DNA of 44,614 nt from Perkinsus chesapeaki ATCC PRA-425. Taxonomy: Eukaryota; Protista; Perkinsozoa. The translations under genes were made by a program, and so were the position numbers. The notes under the pieces are model-generated. The model worked only from the letters and a program-made list of their open reading frames with translations, was not told where the DNA came from and did not search any database. Each line of letters starts with the position of its first letter. Within the stretch, counting starts at the first letter, position 1. The stretch is from positions 1 through 44,614 of the forward strand of contig JAAPAO010000269.1 of the NCBI GenBank assembly GCA_013115145.1, given 5' to 3'. Of this stretch, positions 22,835-35,208 are shown piece after piece.

Positions 22835-24874
22835 TTACTCGGTAAGCTTCTTAGCCTTCTCGCAGATGTTCTCAGGGGTGAAGCCAAACTTGGCCTTAAC
22901 ATCCTTAGCAGGGCCAGAGGCACCGAAGGTGTCCATGGCAATCCAGTCATCAGCATACCTCTCAAATCCAAGAGGGCTGGCGGCCTCAACCATCAAACGT
23001 TTAATACCCTCGGGGAAGACAACCTTCTTGTAATCATCAATCTGTTTCTCAAATAGATCCCAAGAAGGCATAGAAACAACACGAGCATCAACACCCTGTT
23101 CAGCAAGCATCTTCTTAGCCTCAACAGCTTGAAGGACTTCAGTACCACTTGCAATAATAATAACCTTCTTACCCTTACCAGAGAAATCATCAATAATATA
23201 AGCACCCTTCATGGCACCTTCAGGTGAAGAATGTTCAAATGTAGGTAGTCCAGAACGACTAAGAATGAGAGTAGTTGGTCCCTCCTTATTATTCAAATAG
23301 GCCATATAAGCACCGACGGTTTCGCGGCCATCACACGGTCTGATGCAACTCATATTAGGGGTAGCACGCAATAAAGGAAGCATCTCAATAGGTTGATGAG
23401 TTGGACCATCTTCACCAAGATCAATAGAATCATGTGTCATAACATAGAGGACTTGTTGCTTAGATAGGCAAGACAATCTCACAGCACCCCAGCAGTAGCC
23501 GATGAAGTTAACAAAGGTTGCACCGAAGGGAAGGAATCCACCGTAAGCTTGCATACCGTTGAGGATGGCGGCCATACCGTGCTCGCGGATACCAAACTCC
23601 ATGTAACGGTTCTGCATAGCGTCCTTGCTCATAATGGGTTGGTCGCCCATATTGGTCATGTTAGATCCGGTAAGATCAGCCGAGCCGCCGACAATCTCAG
23701 GAAGACGCTTCATCAAAGCAGCGAGGACTTCACCACTGGTGACACGAGTGGCCTTTGGCTTATCACCAACATGATAACGTGGAACACAGTCATCCAAATC
23801 AGTGGGCAATTCACCCTTGGAACGTCTGAGGAGCTCAGCGTACTCGGTAGGATAAGCTTGAGCATATTTGGCAAGAAGATTATCCCATTCCTTATTGGCT
23901 TCCTGTCCACGAGCCAAAGCACTGTTATAAAGGCTTTGAACCTCAGCAGGAATCTCGAAGTGCTTCTCAGGATCGAAACCGAACTCCTTCTTAACATTGG
24001 CCAAATCCTCAGCGCCTAATGGGGATCCATGAACCTTAGATGTGCCCTGTTTGGCTGAACCGTAACCGATGGTAGTGTGAACCTTAATAAGAGTTGGCTT
24101 ATCAGTGCACTTCTTAGCCTCCTCAATCTTGGCAAGGATATCAGTCAAATCGGTATCACCATGAAGGACCTCGAGGACCTGCCATTCCATGCCTTCGAAT
24201 CTCTTTGTGATGGTCTCAGTGAAGGCAATCTTAGTATCACCATCAATAGTAATATTATTATCATCATAAAGGACAATAAGGTGACCAAGTCCAAGATGAC
24301 CAGCAAGAGCGCATGCCTCAGAGCTTACACCCTCCTCTAGGCAACCATCACCACAAATAGCGTAGGTATAATTATTGAAAATATCGTAACCATCACGATT
24401 GTAAGTTGCTGCCAAGTTAGCTTCGGCAATAGCGAGACCAACTGCATTTGAGATACCTTGACCGAGTGGTCCAGTGGTAACCTCAACACCTTCCAAAAGC
24501 TCTCGCTCAGGATGGCCGGCAGTTCTTGATCCTAATTGACGGAAGTTCTTCAATTGATCCATATCAACATCCTTATATCCAGCAAGATACATAAGAACAT
24601 ACTGTAAAGCACAAGCATGACCATTAGATAGGACAAAACGATCTCTATTCCACCACTGAGGGTTAGATGCGTTATACTTCATAGCATGGGCATATAAAGC
24701 ATGTCCCATAGGAGCACAACCCATAGGGGCACCAGGATGACCAGAGTTGGCCTTCTGAACCATCTCGGCTGCAGTGCATCTAAAAGCAGGAACAATAATA
24801 AATATTAAAAAGAAGTGGGGGAACCCTTACCGGATGGTGTTAATAGAAAGTTGATCCAAATCGCTTCCAGACAT
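22835..24874 (-). CDS. TKT: Transketolase, copy B; 2 exons (24874-24831, 24779-22835), inverted relative to copy A
   Basis: Same catalytic motifs as copy A. Exon 1 is MSGSDLDQLSINTIR, followed by a 51-nt intron (24780-24830) at the same position as in copy A. Confidence 0.97.
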
Positions 24875-25397
24875 TGTTTTTCTCAATTTAGCTGGTTGAG
24901 TGTACATTTGCTTGCCTATAGGAGCACGAGCGGTGGTCTAGCGTCGTGGCTTAGCGCGTCCCCATTAGTGTGTCAGCTAAAGCGCAGTCTCTCGAGCCTT
25001 TCATATTCCTCATTTCCATTGAATTAGTCGTTTCTTCGCATTCCTGTTGAGCATTTCACTGCTAGTAAACTCGAGAAGCTCTAAAGGATGTGTTCTTGTT
25101 GACTTTTACGGGTGTCACAAATCCCTATTTCCCTGTAATGTTGCCGTGAAGGTTTGTGTTACGCGGGACAGCTCGGTTCTGCGGTCCAGAAATGAGTCAC
25201 ATTGACGGGCTCGAAATGATAGCATTTGACGACTCTTCGATTATGTTCTCCATATCTCTCAACTAGTGAACGCGAAAGGCCAACGTGTTAAATGACACTG
25301 CACATTATCATCTTGTTCGGACCGATTCCCTGAACACCCGTCGTCGTTCGAGCTACCAAGCGACGCGCGAACGCACAAGGACGATGGCTGTTAGCCT

Positions 25398-26014
25398 ATG
25401 CTGTCAGACGTCCGAGTGAGAACCGTCCGAGTCGTATAAGCTCATCCACTCGCCAGACATGTTCGAACCGTCTGATTGCTCTGCTAGCTCCCTCTACGCG
25501 GTATCAGCAAGATTAGTGGACGGAAAAATGGTATGAATACTTAGTAAATTGGGCCACTAACAAAGTAAGCCGCCGGGTTTTCGGAGCCTAGTAGAGTAAT
25601 AGCCAGGACAGTGCCAATTCTATTGGCAATTCAGCAAGGGTAACGAGTGCCTCATAGCCACTTGCATGCAAGGTTGGCGAGGACCTCCCCGCGAGCTGGT
25701 GGGTAACCAGCTGGACACAGTTGATCCGTTGGCCTTGAGCGCCCTCCTGGTGCCCGTTGGCACACGATACTCTAGGAAGAAGTTCATGACAACTGTGGTA
25801 TGTGGTGAAGTCAAAACGGTTTTCTAGCGGCAAGCTAGCGTTGAGAAAACTCAAGATTGACCAAGTCAACCAAGTGATAACCATCCGCCCTTCTTCTTCT
25901 TCTACTTGCTGGACCTTAGAGCTAGTTAACCTCCTCAAAGCAGCAACACATTGCCTTCAGTGCTTGCGTGTACGGACGAAAATGTTATCATTACTTAAGA
26001 GGGAGCTTCTGTAA
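25398..26014 (+). CDS. Possible micro-exon hypothetical gene not visible in the ORF track
   Basis: Frame-compatible exons 25517-25564, 25603-25639 and 25673-25797 read WTEKWYEYLVNWATNK|PGQCQFYWQFSKG|WRGPPRELVGNQLDTVDPLALSALLVPVGTRYSRKKFMTTV. The introns are short (33-38 nt) and both ends are uncertain. Confidence 0.35.
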
Positions 26015-26100
26015 TGTGACGCACACTAGCCTGGAGTTGCGTTACTTGTGCTGTTGCTCGTAGTGTTGAGCTGTCTCCTTGTTAGCATTTGTGTATTATT

Positions 26101-29100
26101 ATGGCTATGCCTTCTTACACTGTAGGGCTGGAAGAGGAGGAGGATACTGTTAATAAGATGACGCCAATGGACCAACAGCCTTATAGAAGGAGGCCTAGTA
26201 GGGCCTCACAACGAGGAGGCGGCTCTGGTAGAGGTAATAAAGGCGACCTATTTAGTATCTTACTTGCATCAATCTAGATGCCGATGTCGCTGTTCTTGGG
26301 GCACCCGGTGCTTCATCCAGTGCTAGTCCCTACGACAGTCTCGTTAGGGAGTCTCGGTTGAGAGACCGGACGCAGCAAGCGTACTACTTCGAGGTCGTCC
26401 CACCAACTACATCACTTCCCACTAGGTACCAGTCCGAGTCCACTCCCTTCGCCGACACTAGTGTCCCTCCGTACAGTATTTCCTCCTGTGGTCTCCTTTC
26501 CAGAAGCCTCGTCCTCAGTATATGCCTCATAGTAGCCTTCTTTGTAGCTGCTTGTTGGAAGTAGGCATGCCTCTACGATGGGCATGTTGTCACTTGTGCC
26601 GTGCCAGGTCCCTGGGAATCTCTTGGCTCTATGACTCCTCATTGAGCTATTCCCCTGTGATATCCTGCCCCAATATGGGACATTACTCCTCATACAAGTA
26701 GGTTCGCTGCTGTTTGGGCGCTCTCTATTATTGTCGACTTGATTAGGTTGGATGCACCGACATGCAAGGTGACCGTGAAGAACTACTCCCTCTACGAGTG
26801 GACGTTCTTCGACAAGTACGGTGACGGTCTAAAAGCTGGCGATACCCAATGCCAAGTGCCATACATCGACCAGGATGCCTGGAGCAAGGCTGAGAGAGAC
26901 GGCACTACTATTGACAATATCATTCCTATCGTATGTGACTGGCAAATGTCCTGTGCCGAGGCGGTCCAGGAGCAACCTGACGGTCAGTGCGCGGTGGTGA
27001 TAACGTCGCCTATCACCGGGAAGACCTACTTCACCCACTCCTGCTCTGAGCTATCCACCGAGTCCTATTGCGATTCCAAGCTGACTTTGGACCCCGCGGC
27101 CATGGTGGCAATCCGCGGAGTCTTCCTTGGTATGGCTTTCTTGATCGCACTCACCTGGGTGGTGGTCACCCCACTGGGCTTGGGCGCCGCTGGGTTTGCT
27201 CATCGGTGGTGGAAGGAAGGGAAGGTGAGGATGAGCGAGTGCCTTATGAACGAGCGGAAGGCCTACAGGGAGCAGGTCATCGACCCTATCTGGGACAACT
27301 TCCACAACAACGCTCCTCCGTTGCCGGCTGATTCAGCGACGGACTTCGGCCCACCTACGGCAGGAGGGATGAGCGCTAAGAGCAGTCACAGTCAGGCCTC
27401 TGCCAGTACCATGTATAATCAGAGAGCAGTGCTATTGAGTACACCTAAGAGCGACCAACAGAAGGCATTGGAGAAGTCCTATGGTTACTTGCCGAGGAAC
27501 GATGTGCAACCTGTCACCACTGTAGACGATATGACGGTCAGCGCCGCGACTGATGCTAGGCATTACAGGCAGTTCTTGTTCCCTCGTTTGGCCTTCAATT
27601 CTGGCACGTGGGCTAGGAAGCTTCGGAAGTACCGAGCCCTCAAAGAGGAGCGGGTGACCGGTCAGGAGCAGGCCCACGCCAAGACATTGAGGACCTTTGG
27701 TGTTTGCTGTATCATCTTTGGCTTCTTTGTTATCATGATCTACATCTGCCTTTGGATCCTACCTCAACACATCTCTGGTCAGTACGCTATGGCTTGGGAT
27801 GTCTTCACTAATGGTGCATCTGTCGGCAAGCTGACTAGTTTCTTCTTCCTCTTGTCATTCGCTGATGTCCTTTATGAGTGGATCATCCTCCTGGCCACTT
27901 CCATCACAGGCTTCTGTAGAGCCATACCCGGTGTAGGAGACACCCCTTCTTTGCCCAGATGGGCTAAGCATTCGGCTGCTTCAACTGCTAAGACAACTGG
28001 CAGTTCCCCGAGTGACTTTGATGACGATGATGATGATGATGATGATGATGACCTCGATTGCGCGGAGGCAGGGTACGTGCCTGGCAGCTCCACCTGCATC
28101 CTTTTGGTGGTCCATCGTGCTTGCTTCACCAAGAAGTCTCGAAAGATGTTCCTGGCCACACTGAAGAGAGCTGTGTCGGTCGCTGTCAATGAGGATGACG
28201 TCTTTGTGGTCGACTATGGTAGCGAGCTCTGCCCGCAAGATGACACCGAGATGGTCACTAAGGAGGCCTTCCCTGATGCTCATTACCTTTATGTACCGGA
28301 GGACTCGGAGGCCTTGGCTACCTACTGGGCAAGCAAGTACTGGATACCTTTCCTGTTCTCTCGGGAGCGCTGCGGTGACTACATCTATGCCTTGGTGATT
28401 CGGTCTGGGGACATGTTGCACAAGAGCTTTAGAGTGCCGGAGAGGGAGCTTCTCAACAACCCCTATGTGAAGGGTCTTGCCCTGGGCGATAGGCCCAACG
28501 CGGTTGGTGTTGAAGCCTTCTATTACGACATGATAGACGCCAGTTGGTGCCGAGCAGAGACCTTGGTTTCGGGCTCGTTAACTCGTCCGAGCGGTCCCGT
28601 GATTTGGGAACGTAACACACTGGAGTTGGTCCTGGGCACCGCCAAGGACAAGATAGACCCAACCTTGATGGGGGCGACATTATTGGAACAGAGAGACACG
28701 TCCAAGGTTAAGGACTGGCCGACTCTGCCTCACGCCAGCATCAATGATAGAGGTCATCAGTACACCAGGACGGTTATGGACGGTGGTCTCCCGAGACGTG
28801 TGTTCTGTCTGCTTAGGGAGTTTGTATTGCCCAGTGGTTGGTGCAATCTGACTTCCCTGCTGCTAAAGCCCTTCTACTTCGCCCAGCTCCTCTACGTACT
28901 CTTTGATATAATGCGGCCGTTCTTGCTCGGTGGAATGGTCGTCTTCGATCCTCTGGGCTTCCTTGTAACCCTCTGTGTCGTAGCCGCCCTTTTGTATGTC
29001 CATGCTGGCATCCATCTCATGGTCAGCTTTGGAAGTTGCACTTGCACCAGGTAAGGCCCATTGAACTTCTTCTCCTCCTCCTTCAGCTCACTTGTTGCTC

Positions 29101-29804
29101 TTTAGGACCGGCGACACCCTCGGCCGGGCGTGGGCGTCCTTCTGCGGTACTCTGGTGTCGTTCTTGCTCTACCCACTTACCAAGCTGCTCCATGATATCA
29201 TATTTAGACCAAGCTCTCTCATTTACACTATTATGGAGTATACACGGTACAAGTATCGCAGTACCATGCCGATAGGTAATATTAGGGAAGGGTTAGTCTT
29301 TACTCTCACACCACTACGTGAGAATTAGGTCTGATTGAAATTATAAGTTCACTTGCTTGATCTGGATATGTCTATTATATCTTTATATTATATAGCTCGC
29401 CTACTCAACGGGAATAGTGTCTCATTTGCTTCTCATTTAGGGTTTCTTAAACCTTTACATTCTCTGTTACCATAATCACTACTGGTCGCTTATGGACTGC
29501 ATAAAGTGTTCTGTCTCTTGGACGCTCGCTTTTATATCTGGGATCGATCGAGCTGGTCTTACAACATATCAACAAGTTTGTTCGCTGTCGAGTGGGTTCG
29601 GCAATCTTCGAAGCCTTCGATTTTAGCATTGCCATCGATATGATGCTTTCTTGTATTTCAGTCACCAGAGAGGATGTCTGCCGAGATCTGCCTCCTATCC
29701 CACCTCACACTGAAGTTGATTGGTTCACTGTATGGTGGGCTCCTGTAGAGAGCAGCATCAGTGGCCCTAAGGTGTCCCCAGATACTGTGACAGGTGTTGC
29801 TTAA
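26101..29804 (+). CDS. Large polytopic membrane protein with a GT-A/GT2 (processive glycosyltransferase-like) domain showing degenerate catalytic motifs; multi-exon
   Basis: The 771-aa core ORF joins upstream exons from ATG 26101 and downstream exons 29106-29275 and 29662-29804 (..DLPPIPPHTEVDWFTVWW..). Layout: TM, Cys-rich loop, TMs, soluble domain (CILLVVH, VFVVDYG, YLYVPE, YALVIRSGD, HQYTRT), then several C-terminal TMs. Confidence 0.7.
28020..28052 (+). repeat. (GAT/GAC)11 coding microsatellite encoding poly-Asp
   Basis: Read directly in frame (DFDDDDDDDDDDDL) just before the GT-like domain. Confidence 0.9.
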
Positions 29805-30286
29805 CATCAATGGCCTGTATCATCGGCAGTAGAGTACATTTAATTATTGGCCAGTCCTCCTCCTCATCCTCCTTCTCTTGTTGTTGTTATCCATCTATTG
29901 TTGTTTAAGAGTGGTAGGGTATCCATTCATAACCACTTTCCATTTCATCGTTCCTCCTTCACCACTTTCGTTGCTCATACAGTATCTTATGTACATACGC
30001 TGCTTTCCATTGTCTCCCTGTGTGGAAGGCAATGGCTTATTGCTGCTGCGGCTGCCATCACTAAGGGCAGCCTCGTGCTCGTCCTGTAGCAGCCACTATC
30101 GCCTAATACCATTTGTTCCTCCGTGTAGAGTCCTAATAATATAAGCATTGAAGGCAGCTGCTGCTGCTGCCGACGGTGTAAGTTTCTATGTTGTATCAAG
30201 GCTGCACAGTGGTACCTTGTGTTTCAGTATTCATAGGGGAAAAGTCGGTATGAGAGACAGCGGTAGGTAGTCTCTTTTGTAGTATT

Positions 30287-31356
30287 ATGGTCACATCAGC
30301 TGGTGTCGGCGGTCGAGCAGACGCGGGTCCTGGCATACCGTACCGCAGGGCGTCTTCCCGAGGCCGCCTCGACAGCGACAATTTTTACGGAAAGGATCCG
30401 TCGCCGGTCTCTTTAATGGAAAGGGTTCGAAGGGTTTTCAAAAGAGCTTTGCATGGTGGTGGCGAGAGCCCCACTGGTCAGGAGGCGCCGCCACAGCAGC
30501 AAGTCGTGGCGGATGAGGGATGTCATGTTAGCAGGCAGCCATTGTCGTTGTCATCAACTTGCTTGGAAGATATTCCAATGGGATGTAAAGTCCATCATCA
30601 AGAGGAAGAGGAGGGCGACAGTATGGGCTCAAATTCAACGGATGCTCCACCCGGTGAGGAGGCAGTAAGACCGACGATCATCAGCAGCAGCAACACCACC
30701 GCTGCACCACCACCACCAGCAACGACAACATCAGCAACCCCTCCTATGGTAGTATTTGGCATTAGGGAATGTATTATAATTCATGCTATAGGCACCTGTA
30801 CGGTATTCGAGGACAACGGTTGTTGGTGCTGCTGTGCCAGCAGGATACCGGTATACCGGTAGTACTAAACCGCCGGCGGGCCCCTCTAATTCAACCCTAT
30901 CGCGGCCTTCTAGACGAGCTGCCTCTGGTCAAGCCTCCTGTTCACGGCCAGCATGGTCAAGTACGTATAACAGTTCTTCCTCGTCGCGTCTGCAAACCAC
31001 AGCTGTTTTCTCTGACCGCCCCAATCCCTTTATAGACGAGTCGGAGGCAGAAGGCGATAGTAAGCGTTTGGCGGCGGCGGTGGCCATGCCCGGGAACGGC
31101 GCTTTGATCCCGAAAACTGGAGGTAAGTACCTTGCGGTCGTTATAGGAAGATTTGCTTTCTCATTCAGAATTTTCTCGGCAACGTCGAGCGACAACTGTT
31201 GATGAAGAGCGGAGTGTCTCCTCCGCACCACCTGTCAGCACAGCGGAGGTTTTTGCACGCATGCGCATGCTCGGGCAAAAATGTAAAGATGATTCTGGTC
31301 GGCACAAGTTGAAACGAGATCCTATTACTGGAAAGAAGCTGCTCATTTTGCGGTAA
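30287..31356 (+). CDS. Low-complexity hypothetical protein, 3 exons
   Basis: ORFs 30287-30862, 30834-31202 and 31153-31356 join in frame via GT-AG introns (TPPM|APVRYS; KTG|EFSRQRR). Ends RDPITGKKLLILR*. Confidence 0.55.
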
Positions 31357-31916
31357 ACAGGTTGCTATTAAGAAGCCTGTTGTTAATAGTACACTGTAAT
31401 ATCATCATCAAGTTGATCCAACCATAAACCTCCCTCAGTCACCACCTGTAGTAGCGGTGGTGGTGATGGGTGTCGAAGTGGCCCTTAACTCATTCTCATC
31501 TCTTCATAATAATTATGTATTTTTGTCATCAATGTCAGTGGGGGGAACAAAACGTCGGATAGAGAATGTATGAGCTCTTTAGCTAAGCAGAGTAGAGCAG
31601 TTGTTTCTGAACCATACAACCCGAGGTACGATAGGCATATTGACTAACGAAATATATTTACTATCGAGAAGGGTTATTTAATGTTGAAGAAAGTCGATGC
31701 TAAACGAAACCAACTACCATCACCTTCACAACAGCACATAAACATCGGTAGCAGTAATACACCATCATGAAGACGGCGCTAACGTACATTATCAACAACA
31801 GAGTAGTTATATAACAACCGACTTTGTTTTAAGAAATTATCATCTCAACATCAGCAGCAGCAGCAACGTATATAGTGGACATATAGGCAACGGCAACCAT
31901 CATAACACCGTCAACT

Positions 31917-34690
31917 TTATCGGCCTCGAGATGCTTGTTGGTGTTGATACTGATTCTGCCCACCACCGCCGGCATGTCGTTGACCCTGTTGACGTCCCTG
32001 ATTCTGATGGGGCTGATGAGCTGAGGGCGATTGAACATAAAAATTAGACGACTGCTGCTGCTACGTACTTATGACTGCGTTGGGATTCTGTATCAGTTTT
32101 TCTACTGCAGAAGCGATATGCTTTCCATATGTTACTTTACGAAGGTTCGGCAAGTCCGTCTGAAAACCATATAGATAACAACCATTATTGCTCGCGACAT
32201 ATCTTTGTCAACTACCTTTAGCATGTTGACAAGATGCTCCCTGCTGGTGCCTTGAGACAACTCCAAACACCTAAACAGCAACATGCCAACGCATTCCATC
32301 CGTACTGCAGTCGAGTACCTTTGCACGACATAATTGCCAAACTTATCAACTGTCATGGCGTGCAGAGGAGCGTCGGGGCCGGCTGAGCCTATTACTGCAC
32401 CAATAACCTCATCTTGATTCTGCCGACTCCCGCACACCAACGCCTACAATATCATCCGCTTCGCTCCGCTCAGCTCGTGAGTTTTGTATTACCTTTTCTA
32501 CAACATTACTGGCAAACTTATGGCACCCGTACTGTTGGATATTTGCGGCCACTTCGTTGACAACTGCATTCTTGAACTGAGTCGGACCATGTTCAACAAC
32601 ATGCTGAACGACATAGTTGCCGTATCTGATAGGAGCCTTCCTCTCCACCGCAGACGAGGGTGGCCGCCGCCTACTGGTCCTGCGAGAGCATCCAAAGGTT
32701 CTGGACGACTTCCTGCATTAAGGGCTGCGACATCTCTGCTGGGAGACGTTCGATTAATCTCTGAACCTGATAAGCCGGCATTAGGTCCCCGAGGGGAGGG
32801 AAAGCAGCTGCTTACCACACGACAGCCGTAGCAGTGCAGAGACATACGTGTTACGTTCCCACGGAATTCATCAACCTGTTTGGAAAGCATGGCTCATGAA
32901 TGTTACGGCGAGAATGGGCTACAATGAATCCCAGAGTTTGGGTCGGGAGCGTCTCAATGCACTTCTGAATGACATGATTGCCATTCTGGTCCTCAACACA
33001 CTCGACAACATGGCCCTTTAGTTCATTTACTATCAAAACCTGAACACCGAAAGCAACTAGTCGTTACGGCACAGACGATCAACAACCGTTTGGAAACCGC
33101 AAGGTCGCGGGTTCGATCCTACGGGTACTACCTGCTGTTCAGCATTAACATTCTCGAGGACCTTCTGGACAACTCTGCAGCCGTACATATGAAATGACAG
33201 GCGCAGTATGTCCCCTAGCAACTGCTCAGATAAGATGACCTGAGACATTTGTCCAGAAATCGCTCGGATGTTTCGATCCGCTACGATGTGCTCCTCCGGC
33301 AGGTAATCAAAAAGTTTCTGAATAACATAATTCCCAAACGGATCGGTGGTGAGCTGTTGAGCACTGCTCAGGACGGCCAAGAATACATCGTGACGTTCAG
33401 ACGGCGTGGCGGTCTCCAGAGCATTTTGTAAGAATCTGTCGGGTGATATATGTTTACCGTACCAGCGGGGGCAGTCGCCTACCTGGAGCCATACTGGTCC
33501 ATGGCCAGCTCCACGGCATCACCAGCCACATCTCCAAGTTTCATGCCCGGGGGCAGCTGTCCCCCGCGAGCTCTAAGTTGGGCAAGGATATCTAATGAGA
33601 GTATCAAGTGCATGCTTGAAGTTGGCAAGCTATTGTACTTTGAGCGTGCGTGCTGCCACCCTCTGGCACTTGCATACTTCCGCCGCGGGACTGGCGAGAA
33701 GGTCTCTACATTTGGAAAGATGCGGTACGGCGAGGCATTAAACTAGAACCTTTTGCTGTTGCTGGCGAGGGCCTCCTCTGCGTTGCTCTTGTCCATCCCA
33801 GCTTCCTTGTCTGTACCTAACCACCATCAACACTCCTCGCCGGGCTCGGATGACTGAGGCCTACGCCCCTTGAGCCTCCTGTTGTTGCATGAAGACCTGT
33901 GGGGCTCTGACGCCAGCTTGGGGCTGGGCTGCGCTTTGAGGGGGAGTTGTTCCCGGAACAGGCACCTGCGAAGATCTCCTGGCCCCACAGACGAGCCTTG
34001 CCCTACCACTCTAACTTGTTGATCAGACTGCGGGACACTGCCTTTCACTGGAGGGGTCCACACCCCAGTAGAGCCGTTTCCAGTGGACTGTGTCTGCTGT
34101 TGGGGAGCTCCTGTCTGATAGCCACTTTGAGAGAAGTACCTGTGGACGGTAGAAGCGCCGTGAAATCTGAGTAATGCGTCACATTCCGCCGGTGGCTCCG
34201 AGCAGCCCTCCCTGATTGGCCGGTCCCGAATCTGCTGCCGGTGGAGGGGCCATAAACGGGAAGAACCTCGGCATGATAGGAGCGGGTTGCTGACCGTCCT
34301 TGGCCGCCTGAGCCTGGCCGAAGTTGACATCGTAGGAGTAGCTCGGGCTGGGGGTCTTCGGGATCAGTTCCCTCAGTCTGGAGGCAACAATAAAAACCGC
34401 TAACTCAGCGTTATCACTTTCTTTGCTGAACTGTATAGTCTCCAGCCGGGCTCGCTTCCCAGGTGTCAGCGTCCTCGGCGTTGTCGTTGTTACCAGGGCC
34501 GACTTGGCGGATACCTGTGGATGCAGTAATAGCAGTGTTTTCGGGGAGGGAGGATACCAGGCACAAAGAGCTTAGACTGCTGCTGCTGTTCAGCTCCTAC
34601 GGCGGTGGGGGAGCCTGGGGGAGCTGGATCAGAGGTAGGTTCAGATTTGTGGGCATTAGACTGGTTGTTGTTAGTATTGTTGTCAGTCAT
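31917..34690 (-). CDS. Classical Pumilio/PUF RNA-binding protein with 8 Puf repeats, low-complexity N-terminus and Q/G/N-rich C-tail; multi-exon
   Basis: Repeat cores DQYGSR|[38 protein letters not shown](Q), [16 protein letters not shown] and DKFGNYVVQ, followed by [10 protein letters not shown]. Start uncertain. Confidence 0.93.
33095..33125 (+). other. tRNA-like 3' fragment (variable loop + T-arm/B-box) inside a Puf intron, antisense to the gene
   Basis: AACCGCAAGGTCGCGGGTTCGATCCTACGGG with B-box GGTTCGATCC at 33110-33119. It lies in the 92-nt intron 33040-33131. Confidence 0.4.
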
Positions 34691-35208
34691 AAAGGACGTA
34701 TAAGTACAGCGATGTTGTTGTTGGTATTGGAAAGTAAACCTCGATGAACGAGGGTAATGGGTAGCTATACTACAGGTAACTGAAAGAGGTATGTAATAAC
34801 AACAACTATAATCATGATAATAACAGCAACAGATGAGATAATGGTATCCTTCGCCGCAGCAGCAGTGTTGCTGCTTCCACGTATGAATAATTGACCTAAA
34901 TGCATGTAATGCAGGAAAAGGTACAGTGTTAACTGGAGCAAAGTACCTAAGGTGAAAACCTATCGATGGGTGCGGCTGCGGAATCCTCGTTAACAGTAAG
35001 CTTGGTAGTGATGATTGTGTATTAGTCTAGCAAAGTATTATTCGGCGTGATAATAATAAAGAATGACGGATGCTCCACGACCGCCTGCTCGGCTGCGAGG
35101 GTTTAGAGCTCTCCGAAGCTCCTATGGGATAACCATCGCGCTCTTTTCCCGTGGTCAGTGCCTTACTTAACCTTCAAGCTGGATATATCAACCTCAGTGT
35201 AATGTAAA

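Noticed and set aside
29990-29997. Pumilio element TGTACATA downstream of the GT2-like gene
   Set aside because: Several such 8-mers are expected by chance in a window this size, and the UTR extent is unknown.
34490-34560. CxxC/His zinc-finger-like HCYYCIH at the Puf N-terminus
   Set aside because: It falls within a probable GT-AG intron; the spliced frame continues PG|IRQVGPG.
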